A stretch of 64,000 bases of DNA. Source: Trueperaceae bacterium (GTDB lineage Bacteria; Deinococcota; Deinococci; Deinococcales; Trueperaceae). Positions 25,066 through 34,992 of this stretch are shown here, piece by piece. The stretch spans positions 1,120,001 through 1,184,000 of the forward strand of contig CBDCDZ010000004.1 of the NCBI GenBank assembly GCA_965215565.1. The letters are read 5' to 3'. Numbering within the stretch: the first letter of the stretch is position 1; every line of letters starts with the position of its first letter. The translations under genes and the position numbers were made by a program. Below the pieces are notes generated by a model. It made no database searches. It was not told where the DNA came from and saw only the letters and a program-made list of their open reading frames with translations.

Positions 25066-28000
25066 ATGGCGAACCCCTCAAAATCCGCTCCAACACAATT
25101 TGCCCACCTGCACCAGCACACCGCCTATAGCCTCTTAGACGGCGCAGCCCGCATCAAAGACCTGATGAAGTGGGTTGTAGAGGTCTCGCCCGAGAACCCG
25201 GTCTTGGCAATGACCGATCACGGCAACATGCACGGCGCGGTGGAGTTTTACAAGGCGGCGGAGAAAGAGGGCGTCAAGCCGATCTTAGGCTTCGAGGCGT
25301 ACGTGAGCGCGGGCTCGCGCTTCGAGAAGAAAAAGCCCTCGTCGAAGCTGGACGGTGGCTATTTTCACCTCACCCTGTTGGCAAAAAACTTCACGGGCTA
25401 CCAGAACCTCTGCAAGCTGAACTCGAGGGGGTGGTTGGAAGGTTTCTACATGAAACCCCGCGTGGACCACGAGCTTCTGCGCGAATACTCCGAGGGCGTC
25501 ATCGCTATGTCGGGCTGCTTGGGGGCGCAGATTCCTAGAAACCTCTTGGATTTAGGCGAAGCGGCAGGCGATGAGGTCTTGCAGAAGTATTTAGACATCT
25601 ACGGCGAGAACTTTTTTATCGAGTTGCAGAACCACGTGCCGGAAAAAGCCAGTGATATGGACGCTTCACTTCGCGACCTCGCCGAGCAGCAGACGCGCCT
25701 CAACCCGATGCTCAAAAGTTTGGCGGACAAGTACGGGCTGGGCATGGTGGCGACGAACGACGGGCACTACGTTAAGAAAGAGGACGCCAAAGCGCACGAG
25801 GCCCTCTTAGCCATTCAGACCAAAACGACGCTGTCCGATCCCGGACGCTTCAAGTTTCCCTGCGACGAGTTCTACGTCAAGACGCCCGAAGAGATGGCGA
25901 GGGCGATTCCTGAAGACGAGTATCCGAGCGCCTTGGCGAACAGCATGAGCGTCGCGGACCTTTGCGACGTGACGCTGCCCATCGGCTCCAAGCGCGTCTA
26001 CCAGATGCCCGAGCTGCCGATTCCGGCGGGGCGGACGCTCGCCGAGCAGCTCCGCGTACAGACGTATGAGGGTCTCATCGAGCGCTACGAAGAGGTTACC
26101 GAAGAGCTTTACCGCGATTACCTCGCATGTTCTGGCGAAAGCGTACCCAGTGAGGCGGAAGCGGTCTACCTCAAGCTGGCACAAGTCGGGGAAAGAGGTC
26201 GGACGCCCAAAGAAGAGGGGCAGAACTTCGACACGTTCGCGTATCCCTGTTTGAAAGCGTTTAGAGAACAGGGAACGGCGAGCGAAGAGGCGCTAGGGAT
26301 TCTCGAGCGGGCCGAATTCGAGTTAGGTGTGATTATCGCGATGGGCTTTCCAGATTACTTCCTCATCGTCGCGGACTTCATCAACTGGGCGAAGGACAAC
26401 GGCATTGCGGTGGGACCGGGGCGCGGCTCGGGCGCGGGCTCCATCGTCGCCTTTGCGACGCGCATCACCGACATCGACCCTTTAGAGTTCGACCTCTTGT
26501 TCGAGCGCTTTTTGAACCCCGACAGGGTCTCCATGCCCGACTTCGACGTGGACTTTTCCGACACGCGGCGCATGGAGGTGGTGGACTACGTGCGGCGCAA
26601 ATACGGCGAGGAGAAAGTGGCGCAGATTGCCACCTTTGGGACGATGGCGTCGAAAGCGGCGATTCGGGACGCGGCGCGAGTGTTAGAAGCACCTTACGCC
26701 GACGCCGACGCGGTCTCCAAACTCATCCCCGTCGTCTTCGGGCGCTCCACACCTATAGCGCGGGCGATGGATGAGGTCACCGAAATCAAGCAGCTTTATG
26801 ATGGCGGCGCAAAGGAGTTTGTAGACGTCGCGATGAGCTTGGAGGGTTTGACGCGCCACGCCTCGGTGCACGCGGCGGGCGTCATCATCGCCCGCGAGCC
26901 CGTCCAAGAACTCGCGCCCGTGTTTCGTAGCGGCGACGGTCCCATCGTCTGCCAGTACGACATGGGCTCGGTGGAGGACTTGGGCTTCATCAAGATGGAT
27001 TTTCTGGGCTTGCGCACCCTCTCCTTTATCGAGGCGGCGATTCGCATCGTCAAGGAGTCGCGCGGCGTCGAACTCGACGTGGACGCCTTTCCCAAAGATG
27101 ACGAGAAGACGTTTGCGCTGCTCTCGAGGGGTGAAGCCGCCGGCGTCTTCCAGTTCGAGTCGCCCGGCATGGTCGATACGCTCAAGAAGCTCAAGCCGCG
27201 CCGCGTCCAAGACCTCATCGCGGTCTCGGCGCTCTACCGCCCCGGTCCGATGGAGAACATCCCCACCTACATCCGGCGGCACCACGGCGCGGACAACCCG
27301 GACTTTTCCGAGGACCCCTACACTGACTTCCCCGAGTCGCGGCAGTATTTGGAGTCCATCTTAGAGGAGACCTACGGCATCCCTGTTTACCAAGAACAGA
27401 TTATGCAGATTGCGCAGGCAGTCGCGGGCTACTCCCTGGGCGAAGCCGACCTCTTGCGCAGGGCGATGGGCAAGAAAAAAGTCGAGGAGATGGTCAAGCA
27501 GCGCCAGATTTTTTTAGACGGGGCGAAAAAGAAAGGTATTTCTAAAGGCGAAGCAAGTCAAATCTTTGATTTGCTAGAGAAATTTGCCAATTACGGCTTT
27601 AACAAGTGCGTCGTAGGCGAGACGCTCATCCCGGACGCACAGACGGGGCAGCTTCACACAGCAGCCGACCTCTTCGTAAGACAGCATCACCCCGACGTGG
27701 TGAGCGTTCAAGAGGACTTCAGTTTGACGCAGAGCAAAACCGCACAGGTCATGCAAAACGGTGTCAAGCCCGTTTACACCCTCACCACCTCTTTGGGTAA
27801 AGAGATCACTGCGACGGGCAACCACCCCTTTAGAACGTTGGACGGTTGGACCAATTTAGAAGATTTGCGCCCCGGCGAGCACGTCGCGTCGCCCGCGCAC
27901 CTGCTTGTACAAGGACAAGAGGTCTGGGACGCGCACGAACTCATTACGCTGGGCTGGACGCTCGCGGAGGGCAATACCTGCCACCCGTGCGGCGTGTATC

Positions 28001-30192
28001 TCTACAGCAACAATGAGGTTGTAGTGGAGGACATGGTTAGGGCGGCGGCGCAGTTCGAGAACACCGCGCCTACCGTCAAGAAGCGTCTCGAACGAAACCA
28101 CACCTTCGACGTCTATTTGGGGACCGGCAAGCGCGGTTCAGCCAGCGGCGGACGTTCAGGAGCGCGGCTGTGGCTCGAGGCACTTGGCGTCGTTGGGCAA
28201 GGGGCAGCGGAAAAGCACTTCCCTAAAGAGGTCTTCCGCCTCACGAACGACAACTTAGCCCTCTTGCTCGGACGCTACTGGTCAGGGGACGGGTTCGTTT
28301 TTGGACAAGGCAACGCGACTCCTTACGCCGCGCCCTCTTCAAAAGAACTCGCCAAAGAGCTACAACACCTCCTGCTCCGCTTCGGCGTCGTCAGCCGTTT
28401 AGCGAAAAAGACGTTCGCGTATAAGGAGGGCCGAACGGGCTTCACCGTTCACGTGTTGGGACGGCGAAGTGTCGAGAGGTTTTTAGAACATATCGCGTCG
28501 CATATTGTTGGAAAAGACGAACAGCTCGCATGTCTGCGTGAGTATTTAGCGCACACCCCCGCCGAGCGCGAAAGCGTGGACACCCTGCCGCCCGAAGTCA
28601 AACGTTGGGTTAAAGAAGCGAAGGAGCAGAGCGGTCTGACCTGGCGCGAGATTGAAGCGCAGAGTGGCGTGTGCGTTAAAGAGCTATACGGCGATGCGAA
28701 GGCGCACAAGAAGGGCTTTCGGCGCAGCACGGTTCGTAAACTCGCCGAATTTTTCGGCTCTGAGAGGCTGCGCCAAGCGTGTAGCGAAGACCTCTTCTGG
28801 GAGCGCGTCGAACGTACCGAACCTGCGGGCGAAGTGATGACGTACGACTTAGAAGTCGAGCACACCCACAACTTCGTCGCCAACGACCTCTTAATGCACA
28901 ACTCGCACTCGGCTGCTTACGGCGCACTCTCCTACCAAACCGCCTACCTAAAAGCGCACTACCCGTTAGAATTCGTCGCCGCCCTCCTGACCGTCGAGCG
29001 CGGCAACTCGGACAAAGTCGCGGAGTACATCACCGACGCGCGCTATCTGGGGCTCGAGGTCTTGCCCCCCGACGTCAACGAGTCACGGAGCGACTTCACG
29101 CCCGTGGACGAGGTCATCCGCTTCGGGCTCTACGGCATCAAAAATGTGGGCGACGCCGCTGTCGAACACATCTTGGACGAGCGCGACAAGGGCGGGAAGT
29201 TTAGAGACCTCTACGACTTTTGCAAACGGGTGGACTCGTCGCTAGTGAATAAGCGGGCGCTCGAGCACCTGGTCAAAGCGGGCGCGTTCGACGAACTCGG
29301 CAGCCGGAGCGACCTCTTAGCGAACCTAGAGCCCGCCATGAAGTGGGGCGCGGCGCAGCGCGAGCAGGCGGCGGCGGGGCAGTTCGGGCTCTTCGGCGCG
29401 GAGGAGACGAAGCCGCCTGCGCCTAACAAGGTGGCGGAGCATTCGAAGCTAGAGCTGCTCCGCTTCGAGAAAGAAGCGCTAGGGCTCTACATCTCGGACC
29501 ACCCGATGAACTCCTACCCCGGTCTGACCGACGCCGCGAACTGCACGGTGGCCAAAATCGACGCCTGCTACAAAGAGCTGATGAAACACGCCAGGGGCGA
29601 CCCCCGCCAGCGCATCGCCCTCGCGGGCATTCTACAAAACGTCGTCAAAAAGCCCACCAAGAAGGGCACGATGATGGCGCGCTTCGAAATCGCCGACGAG
29701 ACGGGCAGCCGCGAAGTCGTCGCTTTTAGCCGCACGTACGAAGAGATCGCTGACAAGCTGGGGGAGGACGCGCCCGTGGTGCTCGTGGTGGAGGTCTCGC
29801 AAGACCGGGACGGGGAGTCTATTCGCATCGTCGCGGACAGGCTGATTCGCTGGGAGGAGCGCGGCGACTTGCCCGAAGTTGCGATTGCGAGTTTTGACCT
29901 CGGTGACGTAAATGAGGCGCTCCTTACGGACTTCCGCTCGCACGTAGACGAGTTCGCGGGCATCACCCCGCTGCGCCTCAAGGTCCGCTCGCCGCGCGGC
30001 GTGGCACTCTACGCCACCGAAAATATCAGCATCGACAAGGCGAAGCTCAAAGATTTAGAGCGCACCTGCCCCTGGCTCAAAACAGCGGTGACGATCAACC
30101 GCGAGAGCCTCTTGCGCGCGCCCGTGAACCGCTACGGAAAACCCAAACAAGATGACGGGGGCGGCTTTAAGTCGGTGGAGGTGCCCTTTTAA
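25066..30192 (+). CDS. dnaE: DNA polymerase III alpha subunit (intein-containing)
   Basis: PHP motifs HLHQHTAYSLLDG and TDHG, GPGRGSGAGS, PDFDVDF and KMDFLGL. Confidence 0.97.
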   Translation: MANPSKSAPTQFAHLHQHTAYSLLDGAARIKDLMKWVVEVSPENPVLAMTDHGNMHGAVEFYKAAEKEGVKPILGFEAYVSAGSRFEKKKPSSKLDGGYFHLTLLAKNFTGYQNLCKLNSRGWLEGFYMKPRVDHELLREYSEGVIAMSGCLGAQIPRNLLDLGEAAGDEVLQKYLDIYGENFFIELQNHVPEKASDMDASLRDLAEQQTRLNPMLKSLADKYGLGMVATNDGHYVKKEDAKAHEALLAIQTKTTLSDPGRFKFPCDEFYVKTPEEMARAIPEDEYPSALANSMSVADLCDVTLPIGSKRVYQMPELPIPAGRTLAEQLRVQTYEGLIERYEEVTEELYRDYLACSGESVPSEAEAVYLKLAQVGERGRTPKEEGQNFDTFAYPCLKAFREQGTASEEALGILERAEFELGVIIAMGFPDYFLIVADFINWAKDNGIAVGPGRGSGAGSIVAFATRITDIDPLEFDLLFERFLNPDRVSMPDFDVDFSDTRRMEVVDYVRRKYGEEKVAQIATFGTMASKAAIRDAARVLEAPYADADAVSKLIPVVFGRSTPIARAMDEVTEIKQLYDGGAKEFVDVAMSLEGLTRHASVHAAGVIIAREPVQELAPVFRSGDGPIVCQYDMGSVEDLGFIKMDFLGLRTLSFIEAAIRIVKESRGVELDVDAFPKDDEKTFALLSRGEAAGVFQFESPGMVDTLKKLKPRRVQDLIAVSALYRPGPMENIPTYIRRHHGADNPDFSEDPYTDFPESRQYLESILEETYGIPVYQEQIMQIAQAVAGYSLGEADLLRRAMGKKKVEEMVKQRQIFLDGAKKKGISKGEASQIFDLLEKFANYGFNKCVVGETLIPDAQTGQLHTAADLFVRQHHPDVVSVQEDFSLTQSKTAQVMQNGVKPVYTLTTSLGKEITATGNHPFRTLDGWTNLEDLRPGEHVASPAHLLVQGQEVWDAHELITLGWTLAEGNTCHPCGVYLYSNNEVVVEDMVRAAAQFENTAPTVKKRLERNHTFDVYLGTGKRGSASGGRSGARLWLEALGVVGQGAAEKHFPKEVFRLTNDNLALLLGRYWSGDGFVFGQGNATPYAAPSSKELAKELQHLLLRFGVVSRLAKKTFAYKEGRTGFTVHVLGRRSVERFLEHIASHIVGKDEQLACLREYLAHTPAERESVDTLPPEVKRWVKEAKEQSGLTWREIEAQSGVCVKELYGDAKAHKKGFRRSTVRKLAEFFGSERLRQACSEDLFWERVERTEPAGEVMTYDLEVEHTHNFVANDLLMHNSHSAAYGALSYQTAYLKAHYPLEFVAALLTVERGNSDKVAEYITDARYLGLEVLPPDVNESRSDFTPVDEVIRFGLYGIKNVGDAAVEHILDERDKGGKFRDLYDFCKRVDSSLVNKRALEHLVKAGAFDELGSRSDLLANLEPAMKWGAAQREQAAAGQFGLFGAEETKPPAPNKVAEHSKLELLRFEKEALGLYISDHPMNSYPGLTDAANCTVAKIDACYKELMKHARGDPRQRIALAGILQNVVKKPTKKGTMMARFEIADETGSREVVAFSRTYEEIADKLGEDAPVVLVVEVSQDRDGESIRIVADRLIRWEERGDLPEVAIASFDLGDVNEALLTDFRSHVDEFAGITPLRLKVRSPRGVALYATENISIDKAKLKDLERTCPWLKTAVTINRESLLRAPVNRYGKPKQDDGGGFKSVEVPF
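27607..28902 (+). mobile_element. DnaE intein (432 aa) with LAGLIDADG homing endonuclease
   Basis: YGFNK|CVVGET ... TGNHPF ... LGWTLAEG ... LLGRYWSGDG ... TYDLEV..HNFVANDLLMHN|SHSAAY. Confidence 0.95.
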
Positions 30193-30502
30193 GGCTTGGA
30201 CCTCCGTCACCCGAAGTCCAACGCGAACGCCCTATCCTTTAACGTTTCGGGTTGAAATAACGCTATGAAGCGGCTGCGCCGCTTCATAAACTTAACGACT
30301 TTAACAGAAAGTTTAGATTCTCCATTATCTCATGTAATTTCATGAAGCGATTTGCTACCCTCTAGTCAACGTTGGCAACGTCGTAGCACAAGGAGAAACA
30401 TGGGCGCGTCTAAGCACCTGCAAGCAGGGCTGGGTGAGCCTGTGCCTCCTCACATCCGCTGCAGCGCCGTGAATTCAGAGTCTACTTGGGAGGGACGAAT
30501 CC

Positions 30503-31597
30503 ATGAAACGCACCTTGAGCAGCTTAACCATCCTCTTCGCGGGCTTCTTGTTAGCAGCCTGTAACACCACTGACCTCTACACCACGCCCGAGGGAACAGT
30601 TGCCATCACCCTCGGCTCGAACTTCAGCGCGAACGCCAGCACTGACCTCTTTGCGCAAGGCGTTCCCTACAATCCAGAAACGGGCGAGTCGGGCGTGACG
30701 AGCGGCGTTCTAAGGGTTTTTGCCGACGTACCGTCCTGCCGACTTGACGACATTCAAGACGCGGGTGACGAACTGTTCTTCACAGGGGACGGGAGTCTCA
30801 CCGACGAGAGCGACGCCGTTACGCAAACCCTTACGACGAACAGTCCTACAGCGACGCTTTTCTTGCCCCCAGGCACGTACACCTTTCTAGTCGAAGCGGA
30901 AGATGACCTCGCTGTCGGTACAGTCTGTGACGAAAACATCGCGAACGGCGCAGAGGTGCTTGTGCCCCTCATCAGCCGTATCGACGGCGCTAATCTCAAG
31001 CTGAGCGCACCCGGAGAGGTGGCCCCCAACGAAATTTTCGACGTGTTTGTGGAGGTCACGGCGCTGGGACGTCCCGACCTGCGTGTTCCAGCTTCGGACT
31101 ACGATGTCAGCTATGAAGTAGAGAGCGAAAGAGGCAACGCCGAAGTTATAGGCGAGAGCGACTTGGGCATCCGGCTCGCCGCAGAATGTGGGGAGATCGA
31201 GCTTATCGCCTACGTGAGTAGCAACATCTTTGACATTAGTAACGACTCCCCAGAAGTTGTTTCGACCACCATCGCGCTCAGCACGCCCTGCACGGATTCC
31301 ACCTCTGTCGGCGTGGACCTCGTACCACCTTTCGTGTCCTTCACCGCCGGGGAGCAAGACGACGTTCTCGTCATTAACGGCGAGGTCAGCGATATGCAGT
31401 CGGGCGTAGACCGCGTGGAGATTTACGAAGGCCCGGTTTTTCTGGGTGAGGCTTTTATCGAAACTGACGATACGCCCAACACCCTGTACTTTGAAGGTGG
31501 CGCTTTTCCAGACGACGACGCTCGACTCACCGCTCTTGCGTACGACAACGCCGGGAACGAAAGCCGCGCCGTAGTGGAGCTATCCGGAAACGAATAA
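30503..31597 (+). CDS. Acidic beta-rich lipoprotein with an Ig-like C-terminus
   Basis: Lipobox LAAC, and DMQSGVDRVEIY..LAYDNAGN. Confidence 0.75.
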   Translation: MKRTLSSLTILFAGFLLAACNTTDLYTTPEGTVAITLGSNFSANASTDLFAQGVPYNPETGESGVTSGVLRVFADVPSCRLDDIQDAGDELFFTGDGSLTDESDAVTQTLTTNSPTATLFLPPGTYTFLVEAEDDLAVGTVCDENIANGAEVLVPLISRIDGANLKLSAPGEVAPNEIFDVFVEVTALGRPDLRVPASDYDVSYEVESERGNAEVIGESDLGIRLAAECGEIELIAYVSSNIFDISNDSPEVVSTTIALSTPCTDSTSVGVDLVPPFVSFTAGEQDDVLVINGEVSDMQSGVDRVEIYEGPVFLGEAFIETDDTPNTLYFEGGAFPDDDARLTALAYDNAGNESRAVVELSGNE

Positions 31598-31647
31598 TAT
31601 GGATTCTGTAATCAACCAGAACCCATATAGCAATTAACTAGCATTTC

Positions 31648-31677
31648 CACGAGAAGCTGCTACAGCAGCTTCTCGTG
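31648..31677. terminator. Inverted repeat after the lipoprotein gene
   Basis: CACGAGAAGCTGC..CAGCTTCTCGTG. Confidence 0.6.
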
Positions 31678-31799
31678 TGAGCGGATGCGAATAGAAACGA
31701 ACGCAACGGGTTGTGACGCAACAAGTCGTGGAACTGGTAAACATAAGTACTGAGCGTGAATCATGCAAGTATCAGCTTCACCTATGCTCAAAGGTTTTC

Positions 31800-31922
31800 A
31801 CAGGTGATCGCTGAACAGGTGAAGGCTAAGAGCCTAGTGAGCTTTGCTCTAACCTGAGGTGAAGGCTAAGAGCCTAGTGAGCTTTGCTCTAACCTATGCG
31901 AACGGTTTTCAACCGTAACTGT
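31800..31922 (-). repeat. ACAGGT-ended element with two 40-bp tandem units
   Basis: Reverse complement of 54256-54463, with fewer units. Confidence 0.85.
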
Positions 31923-32232
31923 GCCTTCACCTGCTTAGCCTTCACCTAACCGGTCGAAGACTCTTTGCTCGGGTCAATTCCTAAAGGAATTGACCCGAAA
32001 CGGTACAAGCCTTCATCAAACACCTATTTCCTTTGCAAAAATGTGAGAAATCTGTTATCTTCCGGTGAACTATATAAGAAATGAGAGGTTGGCGGGTATG
32101 TGTTCCGGGTTTACTTAGCGCCATGTACGTCGGTTGACGCACCTTAGACGTTCGCACTTCACTCTCTATTTATCTCGGTCTAAGGTGTTTCGCAGCGCCC
32201 CATCAACTCATCAATTTGGAAAGGACCTCTAT

Positions 32233-34848
32233 ATGCAACACGGTATGAAGCGTACGTTTCAGTATACTTTTTTGTGTAGTTTGCTACTCATCTTCCTAGC
32301 CGCCTGTAACGAAGAGACTGATCTCTACACCGCGCCTGAAGGGACGGTCTCTGTCGCCGTCGGTTCAAATTTTAGCGCCAACGCTGAGCTGTCCGCTCAA
32401 GGCGTCCCTTACGATCCAGAAACGGGCGCATCAGGGGTTGAAAATGCGATCTTACGTGTGTTTGAGGGGAGATTGGATCGTTCAGTTGATTTGGATGACC
32501 CGGATGATCTAGGTGACCTTAGCGACTTCCTAAACGAACTTTACTTTGACGATAACGGCAACTTAGTAAGCGATGAAGACTCTGCGTCACAAATCCTCAC
32601 GGCGAGCAACCCTACGGTTACACTCTTCCTACCTCCAGGAGATTATGTCTTCGTTGCATCAGCGGGACCACTCGCCGTTGGTTTACTTAGCGAAACAGTT
32701 GCTGACGGTGACACTTTTATTGTGCCCCTCATTAGCTTTCTCGGTGATATAGAGCTAAGCGCACCTGAAGAGGTAGTTCCTAACGAAGTTTTTGACGTGT
32801 TTATTGAGATTACGGCACCGGGGCGTCCCGACTTGCGCGTACCTGCAACAGATTATAGAGTCGATTTCGACGTAGAGAGTGAAAGCGGCGAGGTAGAGAT
32901 TCTAGGCGAAAGCAATCTAGGTATTAGACTTGCAGCAGAATGCGAAGTAATTACGGTTACTGCTTTTGTATTCGAACTCATTCCTACTACTGCAGATGCG
33001 CCCGAGCCAGAGCGCGTTGAGACAACCATACCCCTCAGCACCACCTGCGCAGGCACCACCGTCGGTGTAGACTTCGTGCCGCCCTTCATCTCCATCACCA
33101 GCCCCGCAGGGGATACGCCCTTTAGCGGCGCGTTCACCCTCTCGGGTGAGGTTAACGACATGCAGTCGGGCGTGGACCGCGTCGAAATCTACGACGGTCC
33201 GGTCCTCTTGGGTGAGGCGGAACTCGATATGAGCGTGACGCCCAACACCTGGAGCTATGAGATTGACCCCGACATGCTCCGCGACTACCGCCTCATCGCC
33301 CTAGCCTATGACAACGCGACGAACGAAAACCGCGCCGAGTTGCAGGTCTCGGCACCAAGCGGCGCGGACCTCGCCGCCTTGCTCCAAGAAGCGGTGACGC
33401 TCGAGGGCGTGCGCGCGCACCAAGCCGCGTGGCAGGCCATCGCGGACGAAAACGGCGGCAACCGCTACGCGGGTCTGCCGGGCTACGAGCTGTCGGCTGA
33501 GTACGTTTACGACCTCTTGGAAGAAGCGGGCTACGACGTCCGTTACCAGGAGTTCGACTATCCCGCCTTTGTGGAAAATGTCGACTCCGAGTTGGAGCAG
33601 CTCTCGCCGGATGAGGTGACGTACACCAACAACGAAGACTTCGCCATCCAGAGCTACTCGGGTAGCGGCGAGGTCACCGCCGGAGTCACCGCCGTCGACC
33701 TCGATTTAGGCGAAGGCAACACCTCCACCTCGGGCTGCGAAGCGGAAGACTTCGTAGACTTTCCCGAGGGCAACATCGCGCTCGTCCAACGCGGCGCGTG
33801 CGCCTTCCAGACCAAGGCGGAGCAGGCAGAAGCGGTAGGCGCGTCGGCGGTTGTCATCTTCAACCAGGGCAACGACGCGGAGCGCACCGAGCTTTTCGGC
33901 GGCACGCTGAGCAGCGAGACCATCACTACTATCCCCGTGCTGAGCGCCTCGTACGACTTAGGCGTGACCCTCAACGACCTCATCAGCGAGGGCTTAGAAC
34001 TGCGCATCTTAACCGACGCCCTGCGCGAAACCCTCACCACACGTAACGTGATTGCCGAGAGCGCCTCCGGCGATGCCGAAACGGTGGTCATGGCGGGCGC
34101 TCATTTGGACTCGGTCACCGAAGGTCCCGGTATTCAGGACAACGGCACTGGTTCGGCGGCGATTTTAGAGATCGCGCTGCAGATGGCAGAGCAGTTCGGC
34201 GTGAACGACGAGGACGCGATTTTACTCAACAACAAGGTCCGCTTCGCTTGGTGGAGCGCCGAGGAAAGTGGGCTCATCGGCTCGACGAACTACGTGAACG
34301 ACCTTGTCGAAAACGACCCCGAGGCGTTAGAGGACATCGCCCTGTACCTCAACTTCGACATGATCGGCTCGCCGAATTTCATTCGCGGCGTCTATGACGG
34401 TAATCAGTCCACCTTCGAAGCGCCCGTACCCGTCCCGGCAGGCTCAGCGCAGCTCGAGAAAATCTTCGAAGCCTTCTACGAAGAGAATGACCTGGCCTAC
34501 CAAGACGTGGAATTTAGCGGGCGGAGTGACTATCAGGCGTTTATCAATAACGGTATTCCGGCGGCGGGTCTTTTCACTGGTGCGGAAGGCATCAAGACTG
34601 AGGAAGAGGTTGAGATTTATGGCGGTACAGCGGGCGAGCAGTACGACCCTTGCTACCATGAGGGATGCGACACCTTCGACAACATCAGCTTAGAGGTCTT
34701 CGACCAGAACTCGGACGCGGTAGCGTACGCGGTGGCGACGCTGGCAGCGGGTGACGTCGAGGAGATTTTAGATGCGCCCTTGGCGTCAACCTCCGTGGGA
34801 ACGCAAGCCGTCCCCTCCAAGGAGCACGACCATCACGATAGCGAGTAG
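32233..34848 (+). CDS. Lipoprotein: paralogue of the upstream protein fused to a PA-domain M28 aminopeptidase
   Basis: LAAC lipobox, GAHLDSV, DNGTG, AEESGL, NFDMIGS and YH..CD motifs. Confidence 0.88.
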   Translation: MQHGMKRTFQYTFLCSLLLIFLAACNEETDLYTAPEGTVSVAVGSNFSANAELSAQGVPYDPETGASGVENAILRVFEGRLDRSVDLDDPDDLGDLSDFLNELYFDDNGNLVSDEDSASQILTASNPTVTLFLPPGDYVFVASAGPLAVGLLSETVADGDTFIVPLISFLGDIELSAPEEVVPNEVFDVFIEITAPGRPDLRVPATDYRVDFDVESESGEVEILGESNLGIRLAAECEVITVTAFVFELIPTTADAPEPERVETTIPLSTTCAGTTVGVDFVPPFISITSPAGDTPFSGAFTLSGEVNDMQSGVDRVEIYDGPVLLGEAELDMSVTPNTWSYEIDPDMLRDYRLIALAYDNATNENRAELQVSAPSGADLAALLQEAVTLEGVRAHQAAWQAIADENGGNRYAGLPGYELSAEYVYDLLEEAGYDVRYQEFDYPAFVENVDSELEQLSPDEVTYTNNEDFAIQSYSGSGEVTAGVTAVDLDLGEGNTSTSGCEAEDFVDFPEGNIALVQRGACAFQTKAEQAEAVGASAVVIFNQGNDAERTELFGGTLSSETITTIPVLSASYDLGVTLNDLISEGLELRILTDALRETLTTRNVIAESASGDAETVVMAGAHLDSVTEGPGIQDNGTGSAAILEIALQMAEQFGVNDEDAILLNNKVRFAWWSAEESGLIGSTNYVNDLVENDPEALEDIALYLNFDMIGSPNFIRGVYDGNQSTFEAPVPVPAGSAQLEKIFEAFYEENDLAYQDVEFSGRSDYQAFINNGIPAAGLFTGAEGIKTEEEVEIYGGTAGEQYDPCYHEGCDTFDNISLEVFDQNSDAVAYAVATLAAGDVEEILDAPLASTSVGTQAVPSKEHDHHDSE

Positions 34849-34878
34849 GCGCTGACCTCTTAGGTTGAGGCACGCTTC

Positions 34879-34913
34879 AAGAGACAGGAACCTCATCGTT
34901 CCTGTCTCTTTTC
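34879..34913. terminator. Intrinsic terminator between convergent genes
   Basis: AAGAGACAGGAAC..GTTCCTGTCTCTT followed by Ts. Confidence 0.75.
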
Positions 34914-34992
34914 ATTTCGAAGCTCAACCTCTTCAACGCGCAATTATCTTTCCCGGCGAGGAAGTGCGCGGCGTAGGGCGTGCAAGCAAGAC

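Noticed and set aside
23248..30192. LexA-imuAB-dnaE2 mutagenesis cassette
   Set aside because: There are no imuA/imuB/imuY genes, and the polymerase has replicative DnaE features (intact PHP motifs, PDFDVDF, full C-terminus).
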